From NCBI GenBank assembly GCA_963833985.1, contig CAWIAD010000002.1, positions 3,296,001-3,360,000 on the forward strand: a stretch of DNA of 64,000 nt, in the 5' to 3' direction. Source of the stretch: an uncultured Planctomycetaceae bacterium. GTDB lineage: Bacteria; Planctomycetota; Planctomycetia; Isosphaerales; Isosphaeraceae. A program made the position numbers and the translations under genes. The notes under the pieces were generated by a model, which was given only the letters and a program-made list of their open reading frames with translations, had not been told where the DNA came from and ran no database searches. Position 1 is the stretch's first letter. Each line of letters begins with the position of its first letter. Below are positions 31,280 through 43,218 of this stretch, in pieces.

Positions 31280-34200
31280 ATGGCCGATGACAGTTCCCAG
31301 AAGTTTGCCTTGCTGGCAAGACTGGCTGAGGATTTTGAGGAACGGTTACGCCGCGGCGAGCGTCCAGCCCTCGCGGAATACATCGCTCGCCACCCGGACC
31401 TGGCCGACGACATCCGCGACCTGTTTCCGGCGATGGTCCAGATCGAGCAAGTCAAGGATGATCGCCAGGAGATCCTGGAAAGCATGATTCCGCCTCCGGC
31501 GCCGGCACTTCAGCGCCTTGGTGATTTTCGAATTCTCCAGGAGATCGGCCGCGGCGGGATGGGCATCGTTTATGAAGCCGAGCAGGTTTCGCTGGGCCGG
31601 CGCGTGGCCTTGAAAGTACTGCCCCAGAAGGCGCTCATTGACGCCAGGTCCAAGCACCGATTCGAACGCGAGGCCCGCGCGGCGGCGAAGCTGCATCACA
31701 CGAACATCGTGCCGGTCTTCGGCGTGGGAGAACACGACGGCTTGCCGTATTACGTCATGCAGTTCATCCAGGGGCTGGGTCTGGACAAGGTTCTGGAAGA
31801 GCTGAAGCACGTGCGGAACGGATCGTTGGCGAACGCATCGCTGGCCGGCAGCGAGATCCGGGTCACTCCGAGGAAACTCTCGGCACAGGAGATCGCGCGC
31901 TCGCTATGGACCGGTGCGTCTCCCTCGCAGGCGGACAACGGGCTGGACGGCGAGCCGACGGAGCCAGTGGCGCCTTCGGTCGATGGCGCGGAACCCGGCC
32001 AGGCGCCGTCCGGTTGGTCGAACGCGATGGATCCGTCGGGTCTGCCTTCGTCGTCGGTCGTCTTGCCGGGCAGAAGTCTCGACGGCAGCCGGTCCCGCCA
32101 CAATCGGCACTCATACTGGCACAGCGTCGCGAACATTGGCGTTCAGGTTGCCGAGGCCCTGGACTACGCGCACAGGCAGGGCATACAGCACCGGGACATC
32201 AAGCCATCAAACCTGCTGCTGGATACGCGTGCCACCGTCTGGGTTGCCGATTTTGGCCTGGCCAAGGCGGATGATCAGCCAAACCTGACCCACACTGGCG
32301 ACATCCTTGGCACGCTGCGCTACATGCCTCCCGAGGCATTCGAAGGACGGAACGACGCCGCGGGGACATCTATTCCCTTGGCCTGACACTTTACGAGTTG
32401 CTGGCCTTCCGGCCCGCGTTCCACGACGACGATCGCAACCGGCTCATCAGACAGGTGGCTGAACAGGAACCGGAACGCCTGCGCAAGCTGAACCGGGAAG
32501 TCCCGCGCAACCTGGAGACGATCGTCGCCAAGGCCATCGAGAAAGAGCCGGCGCAGCGGTACCAGACGGCGGCGGACCTGCGCGACGACCTCGTCCGCTT
32601 TCTGGACGACGAACCGATCATCGGCGCAGAGCCTCATTGCCCGAGCGTCTGCGCGCTGGGTGCGTCGCAACCGGAGCATTGCCGCGGCCCTGGCCGCGGT
32701 CGCGCTGCTCTTGATCGTGCTGGCGGTCGGTTCAACACTGGCGGCGGCCTTTTTCCGCGCTCAGGAGCGAGAGCAGCGCAGCCTCGCGACCAGAAATGAG
32801 AACCTGGCCCTGGAGATGAAACGTCAAGCCGAGGAACGAGGAACACTGGCCGACGAGATGACGCGGTTGGCCGCCGAGAAGGAGAACCAGCGAGCGGCCG
32901 CGGAGCAGGCCAAGAACGACGCTCTGGCCGCCCGGAAGCAGTCGGAAGAGCGCGGTCAAGAGCTGCGCCGGAACCTCTACTTCTCGGAGATGAACCAGGC
33001 CGGCCAGGCCATCGGCAAGCCGGGCGGCCTGCGCCGAACTCAGGAAATCCTGGCGCCCTGGCTGGAGTTGCCGGACATCCGCAACTGGGAGTGGTATTAC
33101 CTCAGCGGTTTGTGCGACCGCGAGCGGATGAAGCTGACGGGACACACCGACGGCGTCCATTCGGTGGCCTGGAGCCCCGATGGAAAAAGGCTTGCCTCGA
33201 GCAGCCGGGATAAGACCGTCAAGATCTGGGAGGCGGACAGCGGCAGGCTTGTGAAGACACTCTGGGGCCACGCCGCGGCCGTTCAGGAAGTGGCCTGGAG
33301 CCCCGACGGATCTTCCCTGGCAACGGCCGGTGTGGACCGGACGATCAAGATCTGGGACCTGACCGGGCGCGGACCGGAACGGACCCTGCACGGGCATCGA
33401 GACCGAGTCAATTCCGTGGCCTGGAATCCACGGGGAGACCGACTCTTCTCGGCAAGCGCGGACCGCACCGTGCGGATCTGGGACCCTGTCTCCGGCAAGA
33501 CGCTTTCCAGCCTCACGGTACAGAGCGCCAGCGTCAATTCCGTTTGCTGTAGCCCGGACGGCAGCAGGCTGGCCGCGGCCGGTCCGGATTTCACGATTCA
33601 AGTCTGGGACGCCTCCACCGGGAAAGAAATCCGCAGGCTCACGGGCCACACCCAGAATGTGAACAAGATCGCCTGGAGTCCCGACGGCCGCCGGCTCGCA
33701 TCCTCGGCGTGGGATCACACGATCCGCGTCTGGGATGCAGGCAGCGGCCAGCTTCTGCACACGCTGCGCGGGCATACCGCCTGGTGGATCGATGGCGTGG
33801 CCTGGAGTCCTGACGGTAAACGACTGGCATCGGCAGGAACCTGGGATGAGACCGTGCGCATCTGGGACGCGGACCGCGGGGAAGAATTGCTGACCCTGCG
33901 CGGTCATGCCGGCCATACCTGGGGAGTCTCCTGGAGCCCTGACGGCAAACGCCTGGCCTCGTCGAGCTGGGATACGACCATTCGCGTCTGGGATGTCAGC
34001 CGCGCGGGAACCGCTCCGGCCACCGCAAAGCGGGCCGCCGGCATCCATTCCTTGAGCTGGAGGCCGGATGGGCAGAGCGTCCTCGCGGCGCGGGATGACG
34101 GCTCGGTGACGATCCAGGACCCGGACGCCAGCCAGCCTCGGCCGATCCTCGCGGATCGACGGACAAAACTCTGGTGTGCCGCCTGGAGCCCCGACGGCAA

Positions 34201-37200
34201 GAAATTCGCCGCAGGCGGTGACGATTGCCTGATCAGAATTCACGACGCCACGAGCGGCCAGGCGCTCCTGACCCTGCAAGGGCACCAGAACAGCGTGCGC
34301 TGCCTGTCCTGGAACCCGAGCGGGCGTCAACTGGCTTCGGCAAGCCTGGACGGTACGGTGAGGGTATGGGACCTCTCCAGCGGCAAGGTGCTCGCGACCT
34401 ATCGCCAGGACCATGACGGCGGCTTCAACGAGCAGCCATCCATCTATTCGGTGGCCTGGAGCCCTGACGGCAAACGCCTGGCGTCCGGCGGCAATGACAA
34501 GCTGGTTCGCATCTGGGCCGAGGGATCGCTCAGTTTTACGATGCCAGGGCATACGGACCGGGTCATGGACGTGGCCTGGAGCCCTGATGGACGCACCGTG
34601 GCCTCGGCCGGAGGAGATGACAGCGTCAGGCTCTGGGACGTGGCCTCGCACAAGCAAATCCACGTGCTTCGGGGGCACACCAGCCGCGTCACTTCCGTGT
34701 CGTGGAGCCCCGGCGGAGAGCGGCTCGCGTCGGCAAGCTGGGACGGCACGATCAGGGTCTGGGCCCCGGCATCAGGCGCCGGAACGCTGTCCATACCGCT
34801 GGCCACGCGCGGAGACGCCCGCGTCGCCTGGAGTCCCGACGGCATGAAGCTCGTCATGGCAGGGGAAGATGGCCGGCTCGATTTCCATGATGCGGCCGCG
34901 GGATATGCCATCGAGCTTTCTCCGCTCCTGTTGCCGGAGCTCGATCGCCGGCTCGCGGCGCACCCGGAGAGCGCAGCCGATCACAAGCTGCGCGGGCAGA
35001 TCCTGGGCAAGTGCGGCCAGTGGTCCAGGGCCGCCGCGGACTTCCAGCAATATCTCGAGCACGCCCGGTCGGAAACCGGCTCCATCCCTCACGTGGGATG
35101 GTCGGTCGCTGGCCCGTACCCGGAAGACCTGATGACAGTCTGCCCGCCGGAACTGGATGTGCACTCGCCTGGATGGGTCGACACGAGTTCGGGCGACGCT
35201 CGATCGGATCGGAGCAGCACCCCGACACGGGCGACCTGGCGCGCGGTGGCGGAAGGCTCTGGTGGAGGGCTCGACTTCAAGCCCCTCATGAACAACACCG
35301 ACCACGTATCAGCGTATGCTCGCACATGCGTTTATTCTCCGCGCAGGCAGGAGGCGGCGCTCTTGCTCGGCTCCGATAACGGCCGGCGGGTCTGGCTCAA
35401 TGGCCGGCTGTGCGATCAGAAGCCGTTCTCGGCTCGCGCGGTCCCGGACGAGGATGCCGTGCCTGTCACGCTCGAGGCCGGCTGGAATACCGTCCTCGTG
35501 AAAGTGAATAATCCCTGGGGACCACACGAGCTCTACCTCCGGTTTTCAGACGTGCCCGAGGATCGCATCCGCGCGGCTCAGAACTCCCGCACCTGGGACA
35601 CCGCGGAACCAGTCGTCAGGCAGCTGCTCGAGCAGGCTCCCGACGACCCACGGGTCCTGGCGCGTGCCGCCAAGTGCTACGAGGAACGGGCGGAAAACAT
35701 CGAGCAAGCAAGGGTCCGTCCCTGGCTGGGTGTGTTCCACGTGCCCGCGGGTCCTGGCACCGCCGCCGTCACTTCCGGTCAGCAAGCAGGCGGCTTTCGC
35801 GTCGCTGCTGTCGTTGCCGGCAGCGCGGCGGAGAGAGCCGGCATCCGCCCCGAAGACGTCATCGTGAGCGTCGACCGGAAGCCGATCGTCTCGCACCAGG
35901 ACCTGCATTCGGCAGTGTCTTCCCTGGAGCCTGGAAGCCGCGTTGCACTGGGCATCATGCGGAACGGCCAATCGCTGACCCTGGCTGCGGTCGTTGGCGA
36001 ACGCACCGACCCGACGTCCGACAAATACCGTGCCGCGGACTGGCAACGCCCGCGCGTCGAGTCGGCTGAAGTTCCCGGCCCGGCGCGGATCGCACGCGCC
36101 GAGGGGTACCGAAAGCAGGCTCGCTCGCTCTACGAAAGACTGATCCGGATCGAGCCGTATGACTTGAATTATCTGAATGAGTTCGCTCGTTTCCTGGTCA
36201 GCTCGTGGAGTTCCTCGTCCGCGTTCAAAGGCGGAGAGATGATGCAGGCGGCCGAGGCGAGATCGGCGGCGGGTGCGAACCTCACCCGGCTGGCCGACGG
36301 CTCGTTCCTGGCCAGCGGCATCAATCCGGTATCTGATGTGTACACTTTGCGAATGGATTGCCAGGCCAGCGGATTTCACCTCCTGAGACTGGATGCGCTC
36401 CCCGATCCCTCGCTCCCGAACAATGGGCCGGGAAGGACCTTGAACGGCAATTTTGTCCTCTGTCCGATCCGCGCCGAGGCCGCGGGCCAGGTACTTCCCT
36501 TGCATGGCCTGAGTGCCAGCTTCGCACAGGATTTCTTTCCGGTTCGCGCCGCCGTGAATGCTCAGCCTCAGTCCAACTCGGGATGGGCGATCGCCCCCCG
36601 GATGGGTCACGCTCACTGGGCATTATTCCTGCTGGACGCGCGGTCGATTTCCCCGACCGGGGCATCTGTGACAATCCGGCTGTGTTTCCAGAGTAGCAAT
36701 GCGCAGCACACGCTGGGCCGATTCCGCCTGGCCCTGTCTCCAGCGATTCCTTCCAGGCTGACCGAACCGCTCCTGGCTCTCTGGCCGCTCGCCACGGATG
36801 ACGGCATTGGCTGGCGACGACTGGCGGCGATTCACACGCTGCGTGAAGAATGGCAGCCAGCCATCGGCGCTTGCCAGAAGGCGATCGACCACGACCCGGA
36901 AGTGGGACCCCGGCAGCTCTCGCTCATGGCGCTCGCGCTCCACGAATGCGGCGAGACGGACGAGGCGCGCCGCAGACTGGATGAGGCGATCGCCTGGTTG
37001 AAAGCGGCACGAGTCCGAGCCGTCCGATCTGCCACTTGCCGCCCTCGCGCTCTCCAGGGTCGCCTCACAGAATGACACCCAGGTTCGTTCCACGCTCGAG
37101 GAAATCGCCAGCCAGAGCCGGCTCAGAGAGCTGGCCCGCGCCATCGCAGCGGAACCGAAAAATGTCGCTCTCTACGCTGCGCGGGCCGAGTTCCATGCCC

Positions 37201-37805
37201 GGCGCGGCGAGTGGCGGGAATCGGCTGCCGATCTGCAAAAAGCCTCCGAACTGGACCCAAACCGGAGCCCGGAGAATGGAGTCCGCCTGCTCCGGCTGGC
37301 AAACATGTTCCTGCTCGCCGGGAATCGTTCCGGCTATGACCGGCTCTGCCAGCAGCAACTCAGGGAACTCGGTGCGCTCCCGCGCGACACGGTGTCCGCA
37401 AACACTGCGGTCTGGCTTTTCTGCCTGGCTCCCGGCGTGGCAGCCGATTACAACGACCTGGTCTCGCTGATGGAACGAACCGTGCAATCGGCCAGCCAGG
37501 CGGACAGGGCCAACTATCTGCTGAACACGCTGGGAGCGATCCTCTATCGGGCCGGCCGCTACCAGGAAGCCGTCGACCGCCTGGATGCAGGGCTCGCCGC
37601 CAGGAAGACGGAGGGCTTGCCGCACGACTGGGCCTTCCTCGCGCTCGCGCATCATCGGCTTGGCAACACGGTGGAAGCGCGTCGCTGGCGAGACAAGCTG
37701 AAAGCCTTTACGGCACCCGCCGATGCCCCGACCTTCGAGTTCTGGAATAACCTGGAAATCCCTGTTCTTCTGAAGGAGATCGAGGCCATTCCAGTCTCCC
37801 CGTGA
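31280..37805 (+). CDS. Giant Ser/Thr kinase: kinase-TM-WD40 repeats-TPR-PA14-like-PDZ-beta sandwich-TPR; frameshifts near 32360, 32630 and 37008
   Basis: HRDIKPSN, DFG; about 14 GH...VAWSPDG..LAS...D.TIRVWD repeats; GSDNGRRVWLNG; GSAAERAGIRPEDVIVSVD (PDZ); LNTLGAILYRAG (TPR). Confidence 0.85.
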
Positions 37806-37976
37806 GGGAACGTTGCGGTACCAACCCGTGCCCAGACCTGGAGCGGCTGGGGAGCCGCCCCGGGAACTCGCGGGCGCGGCTGCTGATGATGCAGGAGTCG
37901 GCGGCCGGGCCGGTGCTTCGCGGCGCGGGGAGATGACGACGACGCGGCGATGCGTGCGATTCGCGGCGAGACGCAG

Positions 37977-38235
37977 GTCGGGCTCATGCCCGAGGTTGGA
38001 GGCTGCGCCCGTGAAAACCATGTGCTCACGCACGTGGCCATGCGCCGCAGAGTCCATGGTGCTCACGCACGTGGCCATCTGCCGCGGAGTCCATGGTGCT
38101 GGCGCACGTGGCCATCTGCCGCGAAGTCCACGGTGCTGGCGCACGTGGCCATGTGCCGCGGAGTCCATGGTGCTCACGCACGTGGCCATCTGCCGCGAAG
38201 TCCACGGTGCTGGCGCACGTGGCCATGTGCCGCGG
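37977..38235 (+). repeat. Hairpin leader plus about 5.8 tandem 37-bp units
   Basis: Unit GTGCT(CA/GG)CGCACGTGGCCAT(G/C)(C/T)GCCGC..AGTCCA(T/C)G at 38022, 38059, 38096, 38133, 38170, 38207. Confidence 0.9.
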
Positions 38236-38430
38236 GCTCTGGGTTTAACCGGACGCGGCAAGGTCCGCAACGCCCCGGACGGAGTCGCTGGAAGGCATGC
38301 GATTGCATGCCATGTGCGCGACACGGCACGCAGCAGGTCGACAGCAAACGGCTGAAGAAATGCCTTGACGCATGAAACCCGGCAGTATTCTTTTCGGGTA
38401 CTGAAGTCGGACCAGTTTGTTTGTTTCATC

Positions 38431-39630
38431 ATGAGGAAGGCTCTCATGAGCCATCTTGCAACCCTGATCATCATTGCCTCACTGCTCGTGCTGGGCCTGG
38501 ACGAGACCGCTTCAGCAGCGCCACAGCAGCCGCAGACCAACGCGCAGCCGTCCGGTGCCGGACGACAACAGGCCCGGCCGCCTGAGACTGCCGACGGCCG
38601 TGCCGATGATGAGACCATGGACGCGACGAGGATTCGGCTCACCGCAAAGGTCGAGAGAGTGAAACGGGGCGTGCGGAGATGGGCAAGCACCGGGCGCGAT
38701 CCATCGGCAATCCTCAAGACGATGGACGAGAAGGTCAAGCCCCTGCTCCAGGCGGGCAACGTCGCGAATGCGGAACGCGAACTCGATCGTGTCCTGGACC
38801 AGCTCCGCGACGAAGGGCCGCAAACCGGCGATCTGTATCGCGGCTTCGGCGTGCCACAACGGGTGACCATCCGCGGTTACAATGGGCACGCGATGGAGCC
38901 GTTCCTCACGCGCGATGGCAATTATCTGATGTTCAATAATCTGAATGAGCCTCAGGAAAACACGAACCTGCACTATGCCGAGCGGAAGGACGATCTGACG
39001 TTCGAGTACAAGGGCGAGATCAAGGGCGTCAATACGCGGTCGCTCGAAGGCGTGCCGAGCATGGATGAGGAGGGCATGCTCTACTTCGTGTCTCCACGGA
39101 GTTATGACAAGACGTTATCAACCCTGTACCGCGGGCGTTTCAAGGATGGGTCGGTGGATGGCGTGGAACTCGTCCCTGGAGTTTCGCGCAGGCAGCCGGG
39201 CATCGTGAACTTCGACGTCGAGATCAGCGCGGATGGCAAGACACTGTACTTTGTCGATGCACTCTTCGTGCAGGGCGGCCCGAAGACTGCGGATCTGGTC
39301 ATCGCGACTCGCACTGGAACAGGATTCAAGCGCGACACGAAGAGCAGCGCGATCCTCAAGCAAGTCAATACCACCGCGCTGGAGTACGCCGCGGATATCT
39401 CCGCCGATGGGCTGGAACTGTTCTTCACGCGCATGAATTCCCCGCCTACCATGCCCCCGGCGATCTTTCGGGCCGCGCGAAAGAGCCAGGACGATCCCTT
39501 CGAGAAGCCGCAGAAAGTTGCCGGCCCCACCGGGTTCGTCGAAGCCTCAACGCTCTCGCATGACGGAAAGACCATGTATTATCACACGGTCGAAAATGAA
39601 CGGCGCGTCATCTATTGCATGAAACGCTGA
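38431..39630 (+). CDS. Secreted TolB/PD40-like beta-propeller protein
   Basis: Signal peptide; EPFLTRDGNYLMF, ISADGKTLYF, ISADGLELFF, LSHDGKTMYY. Confidence 0.8.
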   Translation: MRKALMSHLATLIIIASLLVLGLDETASAAPQQPQTNAQPSGAGRQQARPPETADGRADDETMDATRIRLTAKVERVKRGVRRWASTGRDPSAILKTMDEKVKPLLQAGNVANAERELDRVLDQLRDEGPQTGDLYRGFGVPQRVTIRGYNGHAMEPFLTRDGNYLMFNNLNEPQENTNLHYAERKDDLTFEYKGEIKGVNTRSLEGVPSMDEEGMLYFVSPRSYDKTLSTLYRGRFKDGSVDGVELVPGVSRRQPGIVNFDVEISADGKTLYFVDALFVQGGPKTADLVIATRTGTGFKRDTKSSAILKQVNTTALEYAADISADGLELFFTRMNSPPTMPPAIFRAARKSQDDPFEKPQKVAGPTGFVEASTLSHDGKTMYYHTVENERRVIYCMKR

Positions 39631-39898
39631 GCGGGCCGCTCACGTGGCACGGTGCCGCTCGAACCAGGGCAAGCACCCTTGCGCCTGAGTCGGCGATGGG
39701 CCGCAAGACGGCTCGAAGCGACGCATCCAGATTCCATCACAGAGCAGACCAGTGCTCAGCAATCGTCTCCGCACGATCGGGGTGGCCCTTCTGCCATCCC
39801 TCGCGCCTTGCGTGGAGTCACCAGATTCAGAGATGAACGCAGCGTATAAGACGCTGGATGCGACGACTGAGCCGACCGTGAGCCAGAATGTGGTTGGC

Positions 39899-39949
39899 CC
39901 CATCTGCTCCATCTGCTGCCATCTGCCATCTGCCATTCCATCTGCCATC
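39899..39949 (+). repeat. Degenerate CCATCTG heptamer run
   Basis: ccatctgctccatctgctgccatctgccatctgccattccatctgccatc. Confidence 0.7.
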
Positions 39950-40053
39950 GTATGAGCGGGGACCGCGAAGAGCGGGGGAGGAGGAGGCGCCTACCCCGAT
40001 GTCGGTGTGCGGAATCAACGCACCCTCTCTTGGTCTTTGCTGGCTGCGAGGTC

Positions 40054-42096
40054 TCAACCGTTGGTGTACGTGCCGTAGATGTTGTTCCCGGCGGTGGTGG
40101 CCTTGTTGTTGACGACCAGGGTGTTGGTCAGCACGGTGATGGCGCCGGTGCTGATGTAAATGCCGCCGCCGTAGGCGTTGCCGTCGCCCGGGGCGACGCT
40201 CGTCGAGTTGCCGGCGATCAGGTCATTGGTGAACGAGGCCTGGGCGGAGGACCCCGCGATATAGACGCCTCCACCGCCGTTGTCGCTGAAGAAGACGGGG
40301 CCGTTGGCGCCGGCGACGGCGGAGTTGCCCACGATGATGCTATCGGTGACCTGGATCAACCCTCCGCAGTGGATGCCTCCGCCCTGGCCTGTGCCTGCGA
40401 AAGCGGTGCCTGGCGGGTCGCTCGCGGGAACGGCCCCACCGGTGGCGTTGTTCCCGGCGATGAGGCAATCGGTCACCGTCAGGGAGCCGCCGTCGATGGC
40501 CCCACCGTTGGCGTTACCGCCAAAAACGTAATTGGTCTCGCTGGCCGGTCCGGCGGAGCCGCCCACGGCGCTGTTCCCGGTGAAGGTCGATCCGGTGATC
40601 GTCCCGCTGCCGGCCAGGGCGCCTCCGTCTGCGCCGCCCCCGTTGATGCCGCCAATTGCGGTGTTGCCGGTGAAGAGGCTGGACGCGACGGTGAGGGCGC
40701 CGGAGTTCGTGACGGCACCGCCAACGGAGACACCACCGAGGCCGCTCTGGACGCTGTTGTTGATGAACGTGCTGCCGCTGATCGTCAGCGGGGAAGATCC
40801 AAAGCGACCGGAAATCGCCCCGCCGAACGCGCCCCCCGTGTAATCGCCGGGAGGGTTGTTGATCCCCGAAAGCGCCTGGTCGCCGCTGAACGTGCAGTTG
40901 ACCATGGTCGCGGCGACGCCGCTACCGTTCATGAAGACGGCTCCGCCATCGGCCTCCGAGGCCCCGTTCGCGGAGTTGTCCACGAACGAGCTGTTGCTCA
41001 CGGACATGACCGCGTTGGAGATGTCAATCGCGCCACCCCAGGCGTTGCCTCCGGCGATGGCCTGGTTGTTCTGGATCGTGCAACCGCGGATTGTCAGGAC
41101 GTTCGAGTTCATTTCGATTCCGCCGCCGACAGCGAAGAAGCCCTCGGCCGTGTTGCCCGAGATCGTGCTGCCGGTGATGGTCAAATCGCCATTGGCGTTG
41201 ATGCCGCCCCCGTTCGCCGACCCATTGGGCCCCACGTCGTTCGTGTTGTTCACGATCTGGCTGTTGGTGATGGTTGATGACCCAAAGCACCACATGGCGA
41301 GCCCCGTGTTGCCGCTGACGGCGCTCCTGACGAGGTCCAGTCCGCCGAACGAGTTGATGGCGCCATCCGAGCCGGAGTTGCCCGAGATCGTGCTGCCGGT
41401 GATGGTCAGCAGGTTATAGCCCTCGATGCCCCCAACGCCGTAGCCGACGTTGGCGCTGTTGCCGGAGATGGTGCTGCCGGTGATGGTCAGCGGCCCAAAG
41501 CTGTTGATGCCCCCCGCGACGGGACCGTAATTCTGCGAGATCATGCTGTTGCCGATCGTCATCGTGCCGGCGTTTTCGATGCCGCCGGCCCCGGCGTACG
41601 TTCCCGCGGGGGCCGAGTTGCCGGTGACCACGGCATTGGTGAGGGTCAGGGTGCCCTGGTTGAAGATCCCACCGGCTTCGTAATAGTTGGGCGACACGCC
41701 GTCGGTGATGGTCATCCCCGAAATCGAGGCAGTCACCCCGTTGCCGATATCGAATACGTTGGAGCTGTTGTCGCCGCTGACGGTGAGCTTGCCGGCGCCC
41801 GGTCCCTGGATGCTGACCCCGGTGGCGACCTCGAGCGGGCCGCTGGTGAGCGTGATGGTGCCGTGGGCCTTGGGCGAGAAGACGATGGTGTCGCCGTTCT
41901 GGGCCAGGGCCAGCTCGGCGCGGAGCGAGCCCGTGCCGCTGTCGGAGTCGTTGGTGACGGTGAGCGTGCTCAACAGGGTGCGGTCCTCCAGCCGAAGGAG
42001 GCCAGGTGCGAATCGGCGCCCACGCTCTCGACGAGCACCGAGCCGGGACCGCCGGGAAGAGTCATTCTGTGCTGCTGGGAACCTGCGAAGGAACAT
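40054..42096 (-). CDS. LEPR-XLL-type planctomycete extracellular protein with parallel beta-helix repeats (adhesin-like)
   Basis: Arg-rich N-terminus then LEDRTLLS, VTNDSDSGTGSLR, repeated GGAI/GGGI..LTITGSTISGN. Confidence 0.88.
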   Translation of the reverse strand: MFLRRFPAAQNDSSRRSRLGARRERGRRFAPGLLRLEDRTLLSTLTVTNDSDSGTGSLRAELALAQNGDTIVFSPKAHGTITLTSGPLEVATGVSIQGPGAGKLTVSGDNSSNVFDIGNGVTASISGMTITDGVSPNYYEAGGIFNQGTLTLTNAVVTGNSAPAGTYAGAGGIENAGTMTIGNSMISQNYGPVAGGINSFGPLTITGSTISGNSANVGYGVGGIEGYNLLTITGSTISGNSGSDGAINSFGGLDLVRSAVSGNTGLAMWCFGSSTITNSQIVNNTNDVGPNGSANGGGINANGDLTITGSTISGNTAEGFFAVGGGIEMNSNVLTIRGCTIQNNQAIAGGNAWGGAIDISNAVMSVSNSSFVDNSANGASEADGGAVFMNGSGVAATMVNCTFSGDQALSGINNPPGDYTGGAFGGAISGRFGSSPLTISGSTFINNSVQSGLGGVSVGGAVTNSGALTVASSLFTGNTAIGGINGGGADGGALAGSGTITGSTFTGNSAVGGSAGPASETNYVFGGNANGGAIDGGSLTVTDCLIAGNNATGGAVPASDPPGTAFAGTGQGGGIHCGGLIQVTDSIIVGNSAVAGANGPVFFSDNGGGGVYIAGSSAQASFTNDLIAGNSTSVAPGDGNAYGGGIYISTGAITVLTNTLVVNNKATTAGNNIYGTYTNG

Positions 42097-42224
42097 GATG
42101 TAGCCTCCCTCTGCACGACAAAGGATGTGAACTTGCATCAAATTGTCGATGAGTGCGTTGCCCGCCCGCAGCCTGGTATGACCATCGACGAGGGCCTCGT
42201 GCTGCGGCTCTTGGTTCCGGTAGT

Positions 42225-42253
42225 ATGGGTATCCAGCCGCCATGCCCGAAATC
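42225..42253 (-). promoter_or_regulatory. Putative ECF promoter of the adhesin gene
   Basis: GATTTCGGGC-N14-CCCAT on the minus strand, same as the motif at 42427. Confidence 0.7.
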
Positions 42254-42426
42254 GATCGTTGAGGTGCTGGTTCGGTGATCCCATCGGCCCCGGGGCGGGC
42301 GGACCGGTCGCGACGGACCAATCCGATCGCCGCCGGAGGGTTGTCAGGGTCGTTCGACCGCCCTTCGGATGGAGGGTGGGCCACACGGAGGGGCTTTTCG
42401 CGCGGCGATACACGGATTCCGCCCCG

Positions 42427-42455
42427 GATTTCGGGCTTTGCCCGCCAAATCCCAT
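42427..42455 (+). promoter_or_regulatory. Putative autoregulatory ECF promoter
   Basis: GATTTCGGGC-N14-CCCAT upstream of ECF #3. Confidence 0.7.
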
Positions 42456-42530
42456 TTGAACAGGCAGGCGCCGCGCGGAGACGTGCTTCGCGCGACGCAT
42501 GCCGCCGGCGATCGAACAGGAACCGGTTCC

Positions 42531-43169
42531 ATGGGAGTCGAGGTGAATCTGAATGGATCGCTCACGCGGCTGGCCCAGGAGGTGTATTCGCCGGACCCGA
42601 TCCGGAGGGACGAGGCGGCCCGAGAGATGTGGCTGCGCTTCTCGGACCGGATCGCGACGATCGTGCGGCGTCGGCTCGATCCGCGGATCCTTCGGCGGGC
42701 GGGACTGGAGGATGTCATGCAAAGCCTGTTTGCCGACTATTTCGCGGCTGGCCCCGGGCCGAGCGGGCCGCCCCGCGACCGAGTGGAGCTCTGGCGGCGC
42801 CTGGTCCGGTTCACACTCTACAAGATCGCCAACACGGTCGACCGCCATGGCGCCAGGCGGCGGGACGTCCGGCGCGAGCAGCTCGTTGGCGATTTTGTCG
42901 GCCCGGCCGAGCCGGTGGACTTCCGCCACCGGGCCCCGGAAGAGGAAGCCGCCGCCCGCGAAGAATTCGACCGCCTGCTGGATGTCTTGCCCGACGACCT
43001 CCGCCGCGTCCTGGCGATGCGGATCGAGGGTTACTCGAATGCTGAGATCGCCCTGGAGATCGGCCGCGTTGAGCGAACTGTGGAGCTGAAGCTCCGGACG
43101 ATCCGGAGTCTCCTGCATCCTCACCTGCGGGATGTGGTCGCGCCGGACGACGAGCCTGATAAATCTTGA
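42531..43169 (+). CDS. ECF sigma factor #3
   Basis: GLEDVMQSLF, RIEGYSNAEIALEIGRVERTVELKL. Confidence 0.9.
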   Translation: MGVEVNLNGSLTRLAQEVYSPDPIRRDEAAREMWLRFSDRIATIVRRRLDPRILRRAGLEDVMQSLFADYFAAGPGPSGPPRDRVELWRRLVRFTLYKIANTVDRHGARRRDVRREQLVGDFVGPAEPVDFRHRAPEEEAAAREEFDRLLDVLPDDLRRVLAMRIEGYSNAEIALEIGRVERTVELKLRTIRSLLHPHLRDVVAPDDEPDKS

Positions 43170-43218
43170 CCAACGTTGCCCCACCGCGAACCGTCGCCCT
43201 GGCTACCCGAGGCTCGCC

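Noticed and set aside
33130..34890. Repeated GGCCTGGAGCCCCGACGG DNA motif
   Set aside because: Explained by the WD40 protein repeats (AWSPDG)
38022..38235. CRISPR array (37-bp periodicity)
   Set aside because: Units are contiguous with no unique spacers, and there are no cas genes in the window
39640..39948. Small ORF starting MADGMADGRWQ
   Set aside because: The start comes from the CCATCTG heptamer run and the rest has no recognisable motif
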